Positions 62,666 through 64,000 of a DNA stretch of 64,000 nucleotides are shown here, piece after piece (within the stretch, counting starts at the first letter, position 1; every line of letters starts with the position of its first letter). The stretch is from Anaerolineales bacterium (lineage in GTDB: Bacteria > Chloroflexota > Anaerolineae > Anaerolineales > UBA6668): contig JAHDIM010000001.1 of assembly GCA_020630805.1 (NCBI GenBank), positions 5,887 to 69,886 of the forward strand. The letters are read 5' to 3'. The translations under genes and the position numbers were made by a program. The notes beneath the pieces were generated by a model. The model ran no database searches. It saw nothing but the letters and a program-made list of their open reading frames with translations, and was not told the DNA's origin.

Positions 62666-62718
62666 AAGTTAGTTGGATGATTTGCAAGTTGATAAGTGCG
62701 ATTCTGGCTGCATTAGTA

Positions 62719-63681
62719 TCAGCTAATTGGCATATAGCGGTTAGACGCATAGCGTCCAGTGACATGGTGGGACAGCTGCCGCTCAAGGTCACCGAGCAAA
62801 CTACTTGCGCCAAAGCGATATAAGTCCGGCTGCATCCAGTCGTTGCCGAGTTCTTCTTTCATCAGAGACATCCAAGTGAGCGCATCTTTGGCAGTCCGGA
62901 TGCCGCCAGCAGGCTTGAAACCGACTTTGTAGCCGCTGACCGCTTCATAATCTCGAATTGCACGCGCCATGATGAGACCAAACGGCAAGGTGGCATTGAC
63001 CTTGGTTTTGCCAGTTGAGGTCTTGATAAAGTCACTGCCCGCCATCATTGCAACTAAGCTGGCTTTGTAGACGTTGGTCAGCGTACTGAGTTCGCCCGTC
63101 TCTAAAATCGATTTCAGATGAGCACCTTCACCACAGGCTTTGCGATAGTCTTGGATCTGATCGTAAATGGCTTGCCAGTTGCCGGTGTAGACATGTTCGC
63201 GTGAAATGACAATATCGATTTCTTGCGCACCATATTCCACGGCTTGCTCAATCGCATCGAGTTGGGGGGCAACCGGAACTTGCCCGGTGGGGAAGCCAGT
63301 TGACACGACAGCGACTGGAATGCCTGAGCCATGTAAGGCTTCGACAGCATCACGGACGCGGTTGTGATACACGCAAACTGCGCCGACCTTCAAGTCTAAG
63401 TCGGCTACGCCGAGCGCGTCGAGAATGTCTGTGCGCACAGGCTGTTTAGCCTTGGCACACAAGCGTCGGACGCGTTGACCCGTGTCATGGCCTTCAAGCG
63501 TTGTCAAATCAATCAGTGAGATGGCTTTTAGTTGCCAAGCAATTTGGGCAACTTTCTTGACGGAACGACGCCCCGGCAGTGTTTTGACTCGGCGGCTGAC
63601 CGCGCTCTTATTGACGCGCGAACGGTTGACCCAACCGAGATCTAAAGGAATACCAGCATTACGTGGATGTGATGATGTCAT
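62719..63681 (-). CDS. deoC: Deoxyribose-phosphate aldolase (long form)
   Basis: 320 aa. The Schiff-base lysine context is SDFIKTSTGK. GAVCVY and FKPAGGIR are also present. Confidence 0.88.
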   Translation of the reverse strand: MTSSHPRNAGIPLDLGWVNRSRVNKSAVSRRVKTLPGRRSVKKVAQIAWQLKAISLIDLTTLEGHDTGQRVRRLCAKAKQPVRTDILDALGVADLDLKVGAVCVYHNRVRDAVEALHGSGIPVAVVSTGFPTGQVPVAPQLDAIEQAVEYGAQEIDIVISREHVYTGNWQAIYDQIQDYRKACGEGAHLKSILETGELSTLTNVYKASLVAMMAGSDFIKTSTGKTKVNATLPFGLIMARAIRDYEAVSGYKVGFKPAGGIRTAKDALTWMSLMKEELGNDWMQPDLYRFGASSLLGDLERQLSHHVTGRYASNRYMPIS

Positions 63682-63719
63682 AGTTGAATTATAAGACAGG
63701 GCGGTGCTACCGCGCTGCT

Positions 63720-64000
63720 TTAGGCTTCAATTCTCCGAAGTGCCCAAAAGGCGGCGTGGAGGAGTTTGTTTTTCCCAGTGCAAGCTTTATGGACTTGAAC
63801 ATACTTTTCGATTGCAGGAATTGCGTCCGCGGCTTTGAGCTTGCCTAGGGCGCGAATGACGTAATACTTGTCGCCATCAGACGTGTCTGGCGACTCGAGT
63901 TTTGCAATCAGTTCAGGAATGGCATTCCTGTTACCAAGTTTACCGAGCGATGTAGAAAAAGATGCGATGCAAGAGGGTGCTTCTGTGAAGCGTTGTAACA
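63720..64000 (-). CDS. HEAT-repeat (PBS-lyase-type) protein, N-terminal part outside the window
   Basis: The minus-strand frame ends ...LGKLGNRNAIPELIAKLESPDTSDGDKYYVIRALGKLKAADAIPAIEKYV...FWALRRIEA, with the stop at 63720-63722. The repeated (A)LGKL..(A)IP.L motif is HEAT-like. Confidence 0.6.
   Translation of the reverse strand, partial: LQRFTEAPSCIASFSTSLGKLGNRNAIPELIAKLESPDTSDGDKYYVIRALGKLKAADAIPAIEKYVQVHKACTGKNKLLHAAFWALRRIEA

Overview
This 64-kb window is chromosomal and mostly housekeeping. It holds about 60 protein genes. I found no rRNA, tRNA, CRISPR array or recognisable mobile element.

**Left third (minus strand):**
- a fragment of an ABC importer
- a three-gene acyl-CoA carboxylase set (carboxyltransferase, biotin carboxylase, BCCP)
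- cspA
- a long co-directional histidine operon, hisG-hisC-hisB-hisH-hisA-hisF-HAD-hisI-hisE-HAD-like-AKR, with no hisD in the window and a His-codon leader peptide/attenuator at its head

**Middle (plus strand):**
- infC-rpmI-rplT and a TrmH-family methyltransferase
- rpsB-tsf-pyrH-frr-uppS-cdsA
- rho, a LysM/M23 peptidase, a GT2 glycosyltransferase and rarA

**Right part:**
- an ECF sigma factor operon sandwiched between two mechanosensitive-channel-like membrane proteins
- the MSMEG_4193 / DUF3090 / SCO1664-type three-gene system
- msrPQ and a glycoside hydrolase
- three more M23 peptidases with Pro/Thr linkers, next to an FHA membrane protein
- ubiE/menG, an MFS transporter, PBP1A, a DtxR-family regulator and an S41 peptidase
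- a YcaQ-type protein, an EEP nuclease/phosphatase, a double-module aldehyde dehydrogenase and deoC

**Lineage (inference only):** PT-rich linkers, many LysM/M23 wall hydrolases, the DUF3090/SCO1664 trio and a short EF-Ts suggest a Chloroflexota- or Actinomycetota-like lineage.

**Recurrent sequence-level themes:**
- extended -10 promoters of the form TGnTAnnAT
- start codons 6-9 nt after a -10 hexamer with no Shine-Dalgarno, which implies leaderless mRNAs
- long perfect hairpins in intercistronic spacers

All functional calls come from motifs read in the supplied translations. No database search was run.
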